A stretch of 64,000 nt of DNA from an uncultured Peptococcaceae bacterium (GTDB lineage Bacteria > Bacillota > DSM-12270 > Thermacetogeniales > Thermacetogeniaceae). This document shows, piece by piece, positions 47,069-57,638 of the stretch. The stretch covers positions 132,475 through 196,474 of the forward strand of contig CAVYEE010000030.1 in assembly GCA_963767365.1 (NCBI GenBank). The letters are read 5' to 3'. Both the position numbers and the translations under genes were made by a program. Within the stretch, counting starts at the first letter, position 1, and each line of letters opens with the position of its first letter. The notes under the pieces are model-generated. The model ran no database searches. It was given only the letters and a program-made list of their open reading frames with translations, and was not told where the DNA came from.

Positions 47069-48259
47069 ATGGCTGAAAACATGCCTTTAAGCGGAATTCG
47101 TGTCCTTGATTTGTCGATGTACTTACCCGGGCCTTTGTGTTCACAGATGATGGCTGATTTTGGCGCCGAAGTGATTAAAGTAGAACCGCTCACGGGTGAT
47201 TGGATCCGCGCCTTTAATCCCAAAATCGCAGGAGAAAGTGTTTTATTTTATAGTGTGAACCGTAACAAGAAGAGCATAGGTTTGGATCTGAAACGCCGGG
47301 AGGGACAGGAAATATATCGCAGGCTGGTGGGCCTTAGTGACATAGTACTGGAGCAATTCCGGCCTGGAGTGATGGGAAAACTGGGACTGGACTACGAAGC
47401 CTTGAAAGAAATTAATCAAAGGCTAATTTATTGCACTATTACCGGGTATGGATATTCTGGCCCTCTAAAGAACACAGCAGGTCATGATGTTAACTATTTA
47501 AGTTTGGCGGGAATAACTGGAATGACCGGGACTGGAGATTGCTCCCCATGCTTGGCAGGTACGCAAATAGCAGATATAGGGGGAGGATCTTACTCGGCTC
47601 TTATTGCTATCCTTTTGGCTTTAGTGAGCCGAGCCAAGACCGGAAAAGGGCAATTTTGCGATGTGGCTATGTTTGATGGGGCAGTAAATATGACCGCCCT
47701 GTCCCTCGGTGAGTTATCCGGATGGGGTAAATCTCCGGAGCGGGGGCAAGAAATGTTGTTGGGCGGATATGCTTGCTACAACATCTATGAAACAAAGGAT
47801 GGCAAGTATGTTTCGTTTGGCGGGCTAGAAACCAAATTCTGGGAAGGTTTCTGCTTGGCTTTGGGTATGCCCGAGTTCGTTGAACTGCAATGGTTGAAGA
47901 ATAAACAAAAAGAAATGATTGATCGTATCAAAAGTACTATGCGGCAGAAAACCCAGCAGGAATGGGTGGATTTCTTTGCCGATAGTGATATTTGCTTTAC
48001 TCCGGTGCTGACTGTTAAAGAGATGGTTGAGCATCCACAAGTAGTAGATCGGGAAACAGTAACAAAAATTGATAACTATGAAGGATTAGGAAAAGACCTG
48101 TATATTCCCGGGATACCATTTAAACTTTCCGAAACACCTGGTAAGGTAAAGGGTATCTTTCCCAGGGTTGGCGAACACACGAATGAAATTCTGAAAGAAG
48201 CCGGCTACTCTGAAGCAGAAATTAATAAATTGAGCAGCGATGGAGTTTTGAAGCTGTGA
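47069..48259 (+). CDS. family III CoA-transferase (CaiB/BaiF; alpha-methylacyl-CoA racemase-like)
   Basis: This 396 aa ORF has GIRVLDLSMYLPGPLCSQMMADFGAEVIKVE. Confidence 0.8.
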   Translation: MAENMPLSGIRVLDLSMYLPGPLCSQMMADFGAEVIKVEPLTGDWIRAFNPKIAGESVLFYSVNRNKKSIGLDLKRREGQEIYRRLVGLSDIVLEQFRPGVMGKLGLDYEALKEINQRLIYCTITGYGYSGPLKNTAGHDVNYLSLAGITGMTGTGDCSPCLAGTQIADIGGGSYSALIAILLALVSRAKTGKGQFCDVAMFDGAVNMTALSLGELSGWGKSPERGQEMLLGGYACYNIYETKDGKYVSFGGLETKFWEGFCLALGMPEFVELQWLKNKQKEMIDRIKSTMRQKTQQEWVDFFADSDICFTPVLTVKEMVEHPQVVDRETVTKIDNYEGLGKDLYIPGIPFKLSETPGKVKGIFPRVGEHTNEILKEAGYSEAEINKLSSDGVLKL

Positions 48260-48331
48260 AAACTGAGCAGTAGCTCATGACATCCTTGGTATATGAATCA
48301 ATGATAAATGAAATGGTGGGAGGAGTTATTT

Positions 48332-49111
48332 GTGGACTTAAAGACTTTATTATACGAAAAAGAGGCAGGAATTGGCATCGTAACTTTTAATCGTCCCCAA
48401 GTTCTCAACGCTCTGAACGAAGATGCACTTATGGAGATCGTACAGGTGATGGATCAGATAAGCTGCGATGACGAGGTTAAATGTGTAATTTTAACGGGCA
48501 ACGAGAAGGCTTTTGTAGCCGGCGCCGATGTTGCTTATATGTCACAAATTAATCCACTTGAATGCGAAAAATTTATGGTTCTTGTTCATAAAGCAATGAA
48601 CAGAATCAGTAACCTGAACAAACCGGTAATAGCTGCAATGGCAGGATTTGTCCTGGGTGGTGGTTGTGAAATAGCTTTGGCCTGTGATCTCCGGCTTGCC
48701 GCAGAAGGCACCCGGTTTGGCTTTCCCGAAATAAATCTTGGCCTGTTCCCAGCGGGAGGCGGCACCCAAAGGTTAGGCCGGGTGGTCGGATTTGGATGGG
48801 CCAAAGACTTGATCTTGACAGGCGACACCATCGATGCTGCCACTGCTCTTAAAATTGGATTGATAACCAGAGTGTTCCCAGCGGAAGTACTCCTTGTGGA
48901 AGCAAAAAAAGTTGCAGCGAAACTAGCTGCTAAATCACCTGTAACGATGAGAGTCGCTAAGCAGTGTCTGAATATGTCAATTAGTACTGATTTAGCCTCC
49001 GGATTATTGCATGAGGAGCGAGGTTTTTCTTTCCTGTTTTCTACCGAAGACCATCTTGAAGGCATGAAAGCGTTCCTGGAAAAACGCAAGCCCGTGTTTA
49101 AAGGGTGTTAA
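48332..49111 (+). CDS. enoyl-CoA hydratase
   Basis: It has crotonase motifs (AFVAGADV, GGGCEIALACDLR). The start is GTG 48332, 6 nt after GGGAGGAG; the track start is 48308. Confidence 0.85.
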   Translation: MDLKTLLYEKEAGIGIVTFNRPQVLNALNEDALMEIVQVMDQISCDDEVKCVILTGNEKAFVAGADVAYMSQINPLECEKFMVLVHKAMNRISNLNKPVIAAMAGFVLGGGCEIALACDLRLAAEGTRFGFPEINLGLFPAGGGTQRLGRVVGFGWAKDLILTGDTIDAATALKIGLITRVFPAEVLLVEAKKVAAKLAAKSPVTMRVAKQCLNMSISTDLASGLLHEERGFSFLFSTEDHLEGMKAFLEKRKPVFKGC

Positions 49112-49169
49112 CCAGAGAGGTCCATTGACTTAGAGGCGGAGAACATCAAGGCGATGTCGGGAGGAAAAA

Positions 49170-50312
49170 ATGGATCGAATATTGCCATTTACCAGTGAGC
49201 ATCTGATGTTTAGAGATACTTTCAGGAAATTTGTCGCCAATGAAATTGTGCCTCATTATGAACAATGGGAAACGGAGAATATCGTATCAAGAGATATTTA
49301 TAAAAAAATGGGTCAATATGGCTTTTTATGCACATGGGCCGATGAGAAATACGGCGGTGCAGGCGGGGATTTCCTATGCTCAGTCATCATTACAGAGGAA
49401 ATAGCACGCCATGGAGTCAGAGGACTTTTCTGCTACTTGCATAGTGATGTCGTTGCACCATATATTGAAACGTTTGGTACAGAAGAACAGAAGGCGCGCT
49501 GGTTGCCAGATTGCGTTAGTGGCGACAAGATATTGGCTATAGCTATGACTGAACCGGGAGCGGGATCGGACCTTGCGGCCATGCGGACCAAGGCTGTCAA
49601 ACAAGGCAGTGACTTTATCATCAACGGTTCAAAAACCTTTATTTCCAACGGCATTTTAGCTGATCTGGTTATTGTAGCAGCCAGGACGGGCCCGAACGCA
49701 GGGCATAAAGACATTACTCTCTTTGTTGTAGAGAGAGGCATGCCTGGTTTTGAACGGGGCAAACAGATTCCCAAAGTGGGGTTACATGCCCAGGATACCG
49801 TCGAATTATTCTTTGAAGACTGCCGCGTTCCGGCGGAAAATGTTCTTGGCGGGGAAGACAACGGGTTTAAATGCCTAATGCAAAAGCTGCAACAAGAAAG
49901 AATCCTGGTTTCATTGTCTGCACAGGCATCCGCGGAAAGATGCTTGAGTTTAACCTTGGATTACGTTAAGGAGAGAAGTGTATTTGGTAAGCCATTAGCA
50001 AAGTTTCAAAACACTCAGTTTACCTTGGCTGAAATTGCCAGCGAGATTCAGGTTGGTAGAAGTTTTCTGGATACGTTAATCCTAGAGCATATGGCAGGAA
50101 AAGATGTGGTTCAGGAAGTAAGCATGGCGAAATATTGGATTTGCGAGATGGAAAACCGGGTGGCCTCACGCTGTCTGCAGTTGTTTGGAGGATATGGCTA
50201 CTGCAAAGAGTACGAAATCTCAAGAATGTGGACTGATGCCAGGGTTCAGACTATATATGCGGGCACTTCGGAAGTCATGAAAGTTATTATCAGCCGTGGA
50301 TTAGGGCTCTAG
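49170..50312 (+). CDS. acyl-CoA dehydrogenase
   Basis: This 380 aa ORF has AMTEPGAGSD and ...YAGTSEVMK. Confidence 0.88.
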   Translation: MDRILPFTSEHLMFRDTFRKFVANEIVPHYEQWETENIVSRDIYKKMGQYGFLCTWADEKYGGAGGDFLCSVIITEEIARHGVRGLFCYLHSDVVAPYIETFGTEEQKARWLPDCVSGDKILAIAMTEPGAGSDLAAMRTKAVKQGSDFIINGSKTFISNGILADLVIVAARTGPNAGHKDITLFVVERGMPGFERGKQIPKVGLHAQDTVELFFEDCRVPAENVLGGEDNGFKCLMQKLQQERILVSLSAQASAERCLSLTLDYVKERSVFGKPLAKFQNTQFTLAEIASEIQVGRSFLDTLILEHMAGKDVVQEVSMAKYWICEMENRVASRCLQLFGGYGYCKEYEISRMWTDARVQTIYAGTSEVMKVIISRGLGL

Positions 50313-50364
50313 CAATTGATTTGAAAAAAACCTGCATGTGCGCCTGCACTCAAACAAATGATCT

Positions 50365-51813
50365 TTAATAAACAACTTCCAACTTCTTCATTTTTTCATA
50401 AAGCGTAGACCTGCTCACCCCTAGGAATTTGGCGGCCTTAAGTCGATTGCCACCATTTTTCTGTAATGCCTCTAGTATGATCTGCCGGTCAGCGCAATCT
50501 TTTTTGTCGTGGTATTTTTCTGCATCAGAGGTATCATACCTGATACTACATCTAGTAATGTGCATGGGTAAATGCTCTACCCCCAAAGAACCCTCTCTCG
50601 CTATTTGCACTCCTCTCTCAATACAATTTTCTAATTCCCTAATATTACCTGGCCAGCGATAATTTAATAGCATGACTCTTGCTTCATAAGAAAGTCCGGA
50701 TATTTTTGTTCCAAACATCTCATTAAACCTTTTTATAAAAAAATCGCACAGTAGCTCAATGTCCTCCCGGCGCTCCCTTAATGGTGGCAACCATAGCTCC
50801 ATGACATTTATACGATAATAAAGATCTCCTCTAAACTGCCCATCCGCTACAGCTTTCTCAAGATTTTTATTTGTAGCAGCTATGATCCTCACATCTACTT
50901 TTATTGGCTCAATTCCACCAACTCTTTCAAACTGGCATGTTTCGATAGCCCTAAGTATTTTGGCCTGTAAAACCAAACTCATGTCGCCGATTTCATCTAG
51001 AAAAAGCGTTCCTTCATTGGCTAGTTCAAACCGCCCGGGTTTTCCCTTGCTTCCTGCGCCAGTAAACGCTCCTGGAGCATAACCAAATAATTCTGATTCT
51101 AAAAGGTTTTCGGGAATAGCCGCACAATTTAACATGATTATAGGTTTTTTCCATCGACTACTATTAAAGTGGATCGCTTGAGCAAAAAGTTCTTTCCCGG
51201 TTCCGCTTTCACCCATTATAAGAACAGTAGAGCTTGAATTAGAAAACCTCCGAGCTTCTTCTTTAATACTTGCCATTTGTTTATTCTTTGTAATAATATT
51301 ATCAAAATCCAATTTACTTACTTTGCTTTTTTGTAGCTCACCACGATAATACTCAACCTTCTTCTGTAAGGAAGCTAATCGGTTTACTAATTCTAAAGTT
51401 TCTCGATTATTAGCAAAATGAATCACTCCTACTGCCCCAACTACTAATCCTTCCTTGATTATGGGCAGCCCTGAAACTACGAAAGGAGTATTCTGAATAT
51501 ATAATATCTCACTAGTCTCTGGTACACCTGTTTTCGCTATTATTGGCAATCTGCATTTAGGGAATATTTGATGAATATGTCTACCCTGCAGTTCATTCAA
51601 GGTATGCATACTAAATTCTAGGAAGGAATGATTGGCATGGGTTACTAAACCCTGCTCGTCTATTACGATGATGCCGTTGTACGTTATTTCTAGAATAGTT
51701 GATAGAGTCTCTTGAAGCTTTTTTACACTTTCCAGTTCTGTTAGATCTTGGGATAAGGTATCACTGGGCCTCAATATGGAAACATCTTTATTCATGATTT
51801 CTTCAATTAACAC
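50365..51813 (-). CDS. sigma54-dependent transcriptional activator (PAS sensor + AAA+ + Fis HTH)
   Basis: This 482 aa ORF has Walker A (GESGTGKE), a GAFTGA loop (YAPGAFTGA) and a C-terminal HTH ([18 protein letters not shown]). Confidence 0.9.
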   Translation of the reverse strand: MLIEEIMNKDVSILRPSDTLSQDLTELESVKKLQETLSTILEITYNGIIVIDEQGLVTHANHSFLEFSMHTLNELQGRHIHQIFPKCRLPIIAKTGVPETSEILYIQNTPFVVSGLPIIKEGLVVGAVGVIHFANNRETLELVNRLASLQKKVEYYRGELQKSKVSKLDFDNIITKNKQMASIKEEARRFSNSSSTVLIMGESGTGKELFAQAIHFNSSRWKKPIIMLNCAAIPENLLESELFGYAPGAFTGAGSKGKPGRFELANEGTLFLDEIGDMSLVLQAKILRAIETCQFERVGGIEPIKVDVRIIAATNKNLEKAVADGQFRGDLYYRINVMELWLPPLRERREDIELLCDFFIKRFNEMFGTKISGLSYEARVMLLNYRWPGNIRELENCIERGVQIAREGSLGVEHLPMHITRCSIRYDTSDAEKYHDKKDCADRQIILEALQKNGGNRLKAAKFLGVSRSTLYEKMKKLEVVY

Positions 51814-51841
51814 AATATCACCCCCTTCAGTTAAGTCCTTA

Positions 51842-52014
51842 TAACTTCGCTGAGAAGTCCCCCGCCTCTTAGGCGGTGGGTTCAGGTTGATAGAATCAGT
51901 GGGGGTTCAATCCCCTCTGATTCAGCGAAGTTAAATGATTTAAGAGCCGTGCCATATGTTTGCTTCGCAAACAGGCACATGGCAAATTCAAACTTCGCTT
52001 CGCTTCGTTTGAAT
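51842..52014 (-). repeat. family B repeat, full copy B2
   Basis: This is the reverse complement of B1 with about 90% identity. It lies immediately upstream of the sigma54 activator gene and abuts A5. Confidence 0.8.
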
Positions 52015-52100
52015 CAGATGCAGCGAATCTGAGGAGGAAAAGGGTTTCGCTGATGTTGTGGCAGACATTGCTTTGCCGCAAAAGTACCGACAACGCCTGC

Positions 52101-52239
52101 GTACCACAGATGACTACCCGCCCTAATGCCCCCGCTTCTAAAGCGGCGGGATAAGGGCGGCTACATCACTGAGTATTAACTGGCTCTAAGCTTCAGTGGG
52201 GGAAAGCAATCCCCCACTGAAGCCAAGGCCCAGTTGAAT
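52101..52239 (+). repeat. family A repeat, copy A5
   Basis: This is a full copy. The outer stem carries the compensated pair CCGCCCT/AGGGCGG, against CCGCTCT/AGAGCGG elsewhere. Confidence 0.85.
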
Positions 52240-52500
52240 ACCCTGAAGGCCTTTTGTAGGTTTATATGATGATGCACATAATTCCACGTAAAGGGCAAAA
52301 ACTCCTGCTATTTTGGCAGGGCACGCCATTTCCCTTCCATAGAATTTGGAATTCTTCTGATTGCAGCAGCTTGATGCAGTCGTCGTTGGTGAACTGCCAT
52401 CCTAGTCGCGGCGATACTGCCGCCGGCCCTCTTGGCCTGCTGGCGTTCCAAAGTTTGAACGATAAGTCATTTTAACATATGATAAACTGTAAAGAGTGTT

Positions 52501-52628
52501 TTACCGATGCTACCCGCTCTAATGCCCCCGCTTCTGAAGCGGTGGGATAAGAGCGGCTACGCCCCTAATTAACTATTTCTAAGCTTCAGCGGGGGAAGGC
52601 ACCCACTGAAGCCAAGAACTAGTTGAAC
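52501..52628 (+). repeat. family A repeat, copy A6
   Basis: This is a full copy with a small deletion in the module 2 loop and 3' arm. Confidence 0.85.
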
Positions 52629-52667
52629 TAAATACCTGATCAGGACCAGTCTATTGCGGAGGGCGCT

Positions 52668-53300
52668 ATGTCAAACAATATCCTCGAGGAAATCAGAAAA
52701 GAACAGGTTCTTAACGCCACGAAAAAACTAATAGTAGAAAAGGGCTACAATAACTTTTCCATGAAGGATATCGCTTCAGAACTGGACATGACAACTGGTA
52801 TGATATACCATTACTTCGAAAATAAAGAGGAACTATTCCTAAACGTACTTAAGAGCTCGTTTTTTAACTCTTATCGAAGGGTAATGGAAACGGTTGCGCC
52901 ATTAGATAATTTCGTGGATAAGCTATCTGCTTACTTTGATAACGTCAGTGATTCTCAGATCACTAACATCGACTTCTGGATTTTGCTCATTAATTATCTT
53001 GGGCAGGTACAATATGTCCCGGAGATAAAGCATATACTGCGCAGTTTTATGGAGAACATCCGAAAGTTTATAGACGGCATTTTTCGTGAGGGTATTGACC
53101 AGGGTATCATTGACAGGGGAACCTGCGAGGGTCTCCCTGAAATCATCGCAGGCATCTCCATTGGAATGGCTTTTCAACACATCATTGACCCTGAGAGCAT
53201 TGATTTGTTAGGGGCGATGGCTAAACAAAAGGAGATTATTCTCCATTATCTCATTTCCAGAAATCCGGGAGACCCATCCACTGACAATTCAGTTAAGTAG
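52668..53300 (+). CDS. TetR/AcrR family transcriptional regulator
   Basis: This 210 aa ORF has an N-terminal HTH (KGYNNFSMKDIASELDMTTGMIYHYFENKEELF). Confidence 0.88.
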   Translation: MSNNILEEIRKEQVLNATKKLIVEKGYNNFSMKDIASELDMTTGMIYHYFENKEELFLNVLKSSFFNSYRRVMETVAPLDNFVDKLSAYFDNVSDSQITNIDFWILLINYLGQVQYVPEIKHILRSFMENIRKFIDGIFREGIDQGIIDRGTCEGLPEIIAGISIGMAFQHIIDPESIDLLGAMAKQKEIILHYLISRNPGDPSTDNSVK

Positions 53301-53331
53301 TATTGTCTGATGGAATTGCCTGGCTGAAGAA

Positions 53332-54936
53332 CTACGACACCTGGACGACCCCATCATCCCAATATTTCTTCCGCAACTCCTTTTTCAGGATTTTCCCGGT
53401 TAGTGATCGGGGAAGCTCCGCCACAAAATCCACGGTCTTGGGAATCTTGAACCCGGCCAGCTTGTCTCTGCAATACTCAATGACCTCTTCTTCTGATACA
53501 TTCACCCCAGGTTTGGCTACAACGATTGCTTTGACGGCCTCCCCCCACTTTTTGTCCGGCACCCCGATCACCGCGACGTCCTGAATCTTGTCAAGTCCTC
53601 TAATGACCGCTTCAACTTCCAGAGGATACACGTTCGTTCCCCCGGTTATAATCATGTCCTTGAGCCTGTCCACGATATAGTAATGTCCCTCTTCATCCTG
53701 GCGGGCCATGTCCCCGACGGTTGCCCATTCGTGGTCAAGAAATGCTTCTTCGGTGCCGCTTTGATCGTTCCAGTAACCCCGCAGGCCCCGAAGTCCTCGG
53801 GAATAGAGTAAACCAACCTTGCCTCGGGCCACTTCTTTGCCGGTTGCCGGGTCAACGAGCTTTAGCTCAAGATCTTGTAAAGGCTTGCCTACGCAACGGT
53901 CATTGCGCAGTTGGTCTTCGTGGCGCAGTGTGGTGCTAACTCCGAGTTCTGTGCTGCCGTAGAATTCGTTGAGTTCGGCATTCTTGAAGAATTTCAGGAT
54001 CTTGTGCTTGGTGTCGGTATGGAGCGGAGAGCCCCCGGAAATCACTGTCCGCAGTGAACTCACGTCATACTGGTTCAGAACCTCTTCCGGCAGGGAGAGC
54101 AGCCAGTCATACATGATTGGCACCATCATGGTCCAGGTCGGCTTGAACCGCTCGATTGACTCCAGGACTTTCTCCGGATCAAATGCCGGCGCCACAACGA
54201 TTGTTCCCCCCGAAACCAATACGGCGCAGTACCAGGCGCAACTCCCCGCGTGATACAGCGGTACAACAGCCAGATGGATGTCACCTGAGCGAATCCTCCA
54301 CTCCACGCACACCGTCATCCCGGTATGGTAGTTCTCCATGTACCCTCTTATGGCCCCTTTTGGTTGCCCAGTGGTGCCCGAGGTATACAAAATCATGTGA
54401 ATGTCATGAGGGGAGATCTCAGTAGTGATCTCGGCAGGATCGGATTCATCAATCAATGCCTCATAAGATATGGTGCCTTGCGGGGCATTTTTCCCCAAGA
54501 CGATGACGTGTTTCAGGTTGGGAACCTCTCCAGCAATTGACTTCAGAAGGTTAACAAATTCAGGATCGGTGACAACCGCAACTGCCCCGCAGTTGTTGAG
54601 CTGGTAGGCTACTTCTTCTGCTGTGAGGCGATAATTCACCGGGCTCATGATAAATCCTGACTTTGTAGTCGCTATGAATGTCTCGGGAAACTCAAGACAG
54701 TTCTTGAGATAAATGGCCACCCGGTCCCCTTTCCTTGCCCCTAATCTGTGCAGACCATTGCTCAGCCGGTTCGTGCGCGCCCACATCTCGGCCCACGTTT
54801 CAGCCCGCTCTTCACAGATAATCGCCAGCATGTCCGGATTCTTGTTCAGGTTCATCCTCATACTGCTAACAAGATTGTTGGAGTATCCGGTTGCAGGCCT
54901 CGTCCCAGTCCCATCAGGTTTTGAAGTGACTCCCAT
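53332..54936 (-). CDS. AMP-dependent acyl-CoA synthetase
   Basis: It has adenylation motifs (YTSGTTGQPKG, GDMA..DEEGHYYIVDRLKDMIITGG). The start is ATG 54936, after AAAGGAGG. Confidence 0.85.
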   Translation of the reverse strand: MGVTSKPDGTGTRPATGYSNNLVSSMRMNLNKNPDMLAIICEERAETWAEMWARTNRLSNGLHRLGARKGDRVAIYLKNCLEFPETFIATTKSGFIMSPVNYRLTAEEVAYQLNNCGAVAVVTDPEFVNLLKSIAGEVPNLKHVIVLGKNAPQGTISYEALIDESDPAEITTEISPHDIHMILYTSGTTGQPKGAIRGYMENYHTGMTVCVEWRIRSGDIHLAVVPLYHAGSCAWYCAVLVSGGTIVVAPAFDPEKVLESIERFKPTWTMMVPIMYDWLLSLPEEVLNQYDVSSLRTVISGGSPLHTDTKHKILKFFKNAELNEFYGSTELGVSTTLRHEDQLRNDRCVGKPLQDLELKLVDPATGKEVARGKVGLLYSRGLRGLRGYWNDQSGTEEAFLDHEWATVGDMARQDEEGHYYIVDRLKDMIITGGTNVYPLEVEAVIRGLDKIQDVAVIGVPDKKWGEAVKAIVVAKPGVNVSEEEVIEYCRDKLAGFKIPKTVDFVAELPRSLTGKILKKELRKKYWDDGVVQVS

Positions 54937-54984
54937 TCTTCTTGCCTCCTTTTTAATCATTAATCACCAAAAGAACCTTCCTGT

Positions 54985-56172
54985 TCAACCAAGTTCTTTT
55001 CCCACAATACACACCGAAACAACGCAATAGGCCGGCTGTCCACCCAGGTTGTGGGTCAGCGCCAACCGGGGATTCTCCAATTGCCGTGAACCGGCCTCAC
55101 CCTTGAACTGCAGGTAGCATTCGTACAGCATGCGCAGTCCAGTCGCACCGATGGGATGACCGAAAGACTTAAGGCCTCCGTCCGGGTTTACCGGAAGTTT
55201 TCCTTTCAGTTCGAAGTAGCAGCTTTCTACGTCTTTCCAGGCTTCGCCCCTGGGGCTGAATCCCAGGTCCTCATAAATGATTAGCTCTGTGATGGTAAAG
55301 CAGTCATGTACTTCAGCAAAGCTGAGCTCCTGGCGCGGATTACTGATGCCTGCCTCCTTGTAGGCGGCCTGTGCGGCGTAGTAGGTTTCCCACACTGTGG
55401 TATAGTCGTAGCCCTGGTGACGCTCTCCGTAGCCGGGGCCGGCGGCGATTGACATCCCCTTCACATACATGGGGTTCTTGGTGTACTTGTGGGCGTCCTC
55501 GACCCGGCAGATGATGGCGCATGATGCTCCGTCAGCTACGCCGGAACAATCGTAAATTCCAAGCGGGTAGGCTACCATGGGAGACTTCATGATTACATCA
55601 AGCGGGACTTCAGTCCTGTACTGGGCTTTAGGATTAAGCGATCCATTTAAATGGTTTTTCCAGGCAATTTTTCCTATGACTTCTTTCAGGTGGCTCATTT
55701 TCAGATTGTATTTTTCGGCATAGGCTGGAGCCAGCAGCGCAAATCGGGCTGGTGCAGTCGGTTCCGGTGTTGTCCGGTCAGAATGCACCATGGGGGTTTC
55801 CAGCCCACTGTACCCACAGTCTTTCAGCTTTTCCGCCCCGATCGCCATGACGACGTTATACGCTCCCGAGGCTACGGCGTAGCATGCGTTTCGAAATGCA
55901 TCGCTTCCGGTAGCGCACATGTTCTCCACCCGGGTGACCGGCTTGTACTGGGTTTTCAGCGCCATGGAAAAAGGCAGCGCTCCGGTAGTGCTGGAACTGT
56001 AAGTTCCGAACCAGAAAGCGTCGATGTCCTTTAGCTCTACGCCCGCATCATTACAGCATTCCATGATGGCTTCTATCATTAAATCATCAAGACTGCAGTC
56101 CCATCTCTCTCCAAACTTGCTGCACCCCATGCCAATCACCGCTATCTTGTCCTTGATTCCCATCTGTTTCAT
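54985..56172 (-). CDS. SCP-x-type thiolase-like protein
   Basis: This 395 aa ORF has IAVIGMGCSKFGERW and NMCATGS, and lacks the classical C-terminal thiolase II signature. It is paired with an HMGS-like/DUF35 gene. Confidence 0.8.
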   Translation of the reverse strand: MKQMGIKDKIAVIGMGCSKFGERWDCSLDDLMIEAIMECCNDAGVELKDIDAFWFGTYSSSTTGALPFSMALKTQYKPVTRVENMCATGSDAFRNACYAVASGAYNVVMAIGAEKLKDCGYSGLETPMVHSDRTTPEPTAPARFALLAPAYAEKYNLKMSHLKEVIGKIAWKNHLNGSLNPKAQYRTEVPLDVIMKSPMVAYPLGIYDCSGVADGASCAIICRVEDAHKYTKNPMYVKGMSIAAGPGYGERHQGYDYTTVWETYYAAQAAYKEAGISNPRQELSFAEVHDCFTITELIIYEDLGFSPRGEAWKDVESCYFELKGKLPVNPDGGLKSFGHPIGATGLRMLYECYLQFKGEAGSRQLENPRLALTHNLGGQPAYCVVSVCIVGKELG

Positions 56173-56179
56173 CCCCCCT

Positions 56180-57589
56180 CTACCTTTTCGGTATGGCTTT
56201 CCAGAAGTGTGTTACAATCCCTTCCGCTTCGAACAGCTTTCTGAAAGACAGCTCTAGTTCCATCCCCACTTCAATTCTGGCCGGATCGCAGTCCGTCATG
56301 AGGCACACAAACCGGCCACCGCCTTCAAAGTCCATGACCGCCAGGATCGTCGGGGGGTCTAGCGACGGCGCCAGATAATCCATGGTATAGGTGGCCAACT
56401 TGGCCTTTCTGCCGAGGAACTTGTAGTCCTCCATCTGGTCGATAGCCTGACAGTTAATGCATACCCTCTGGGAAGGGAACTGGGGAGTTCCGCAGGAGGT
56501 GCAACGACTACCGTAGAAGCTCAGGATTTTTTTCAGGTTTCTATAGCGATCAGGCAAGGAGGGCCTTACCAGCGGGGGTCTTCGCTGGGGTTCCAGCGGA
56601 ATCAGCTCGCGCCACCTCAGGTACTTGCCGTAGTCCATGTCCGTCTTTTTGCTGTTAAGGTACCCTTGGATGCCACGACGGGCAGGCAGGCTCTTTATAG
56701 CATCCGTTACCTGAAAAACCATTGCATCGCTGCCTTCACCATAGGTAATAAACAGAATCTTGTCCCCGGGCTCCGACTTCTCCAGGGCTGCAACCAAGGC
56801 CATGGGCGCACTGGCGGCTCCTGTGTTGCCGATCGCACTAATCATGTTATCTTGGACCTGTTCAGGGCTGAACCCCAACTTTCTGGCTACTTCAACGGCG
56901 TCTTTGTCTTTCAGACCATAAATGACTGTCCGGGCAAAGTCTCGGGGGGCCAACCCGGTCTTTTTCATGGCTTCCCTTGCTGCTTCGACCGTGAAGATAT
57001 TGTAGCCCTGGCTCTGACAGAACCGTTCTTCCCAGTTCCTCACGAAATCGTCATGCTGTGACCGCCAATGGTCATAGAAGTCTGCTGCCACAGTGTGTGA
57101 CCCCAGAAAAGCAGCTACCACGTTCTTATTTCCCAGAAGAAAAGCTGCTGCTCCATCCCCAAACAAGGCTTCCAGCGCCCCTCCGGCACCACCCAGACGG
57201 CTGTCACTGATGGCTAACAGTACTTTTTCGCCCTTTTCTGCCGCGTCAAGACCAGCCATCATGGCACTGGACCCTGACCGCAGCGATCCGGTGATGTCCA
57301 TAGTACGGACACCTCTGTTCGCATCCAGGGTGCCAGCAAGGGTCGTAGCGCTCTGTTTTTCCCTGTAGGGAGGAGTTGTGCTGGCAAAAAAGACAGCGCT
57401 AAGGTCCTTCGTGTCCAGTCCCGAAGCACAATCCAAGGCTGCAGCGACCGCCATTGTAAGGCTGTCCTCATCGTAATTGGACACCGCTTTTTCGCCCTGA
57501 GGAACAGGGCTCCCGTAAACATCTCTGATATGCTGTCGATTCAGACGGTTAAATGGGATGTAGGCACCGTATGCAACAATTCCTGTCAT
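56180..57589 (-). CDS. HMG-CoA-synthase-like condensing-enzyme domain fused to Zn-ribbon/OB-fold (DUF35) domain
   Basis: The N-terminus has a thiolase-fold/HMGS-like sequence (VAYGAYIP...). The C-terminus has CTSCGTPQFPSQRVCINC followed by an OB-fold. The start is ATG 57589, 9 nt after GAAGGAGGG. Confidence 0.75.
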   Translation of the reverse strand: MTGIVAYGAYIPFNRLNRQHIRDVYGSPVPQGEKAVSNYDEDSLTMAVAAALDCASGLDTKDLSAVFFASTTPPYREKQSATTLAGTLDANRGVRTMDITGSLRSGSSAMMAGLDAAEKGEKVLLAISDSRLGGAGGALEALFGDGAAAFLLGNKNVVAAFLGSHTVAADFYDHWRSQHDDFVRNWEERFCQSQGYNIFTVEAAREAMKKTGLAPRDFARTVIYGLKDKDAVEVARKLGFSPEQVQDNMISAIGNTGAASAPMALVAALEKSEPGDKILFITYGEGSDAMVFQVTDAIKSLPARRGIQGYLNSKKTDMDYGKYLRWRELIPLEPQRRPPLVRPSLPDRYRNLKKILSFYGSRCTSCGTPQFPSQRVCINCQAIDQMEDYKFLGRKAKLATYTMDYLAPSLDPPTILAVMDFEGGGRFVCLMTDCDPARIEVGMELELSFRKLFEAEGIVTHFWKAIPKR

Positions 57590-57638
57590 CCTGGTAAACC
57601 CTCCTTCATATGCAAGAAGACTAGCATCCATTCGGTAA

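Noticed and set aside
51842-51940. A tRNA-like signature in family B: GGGGGTTCAATCCCC (T-arm/T-loop-like) enclosed by a 10-bp 'acceptor-like' stem. It was considered as a tRNA or tRNA-Sec gene.
   Set aside because: There is no D-arm, no 7-nt anticodon loop and no CCA or discriminator context. The stem lengths (10-12 bp) are incompatible with the tRNA cloverleaf. The same sequence occurs in inverted orientation within the acs operon.
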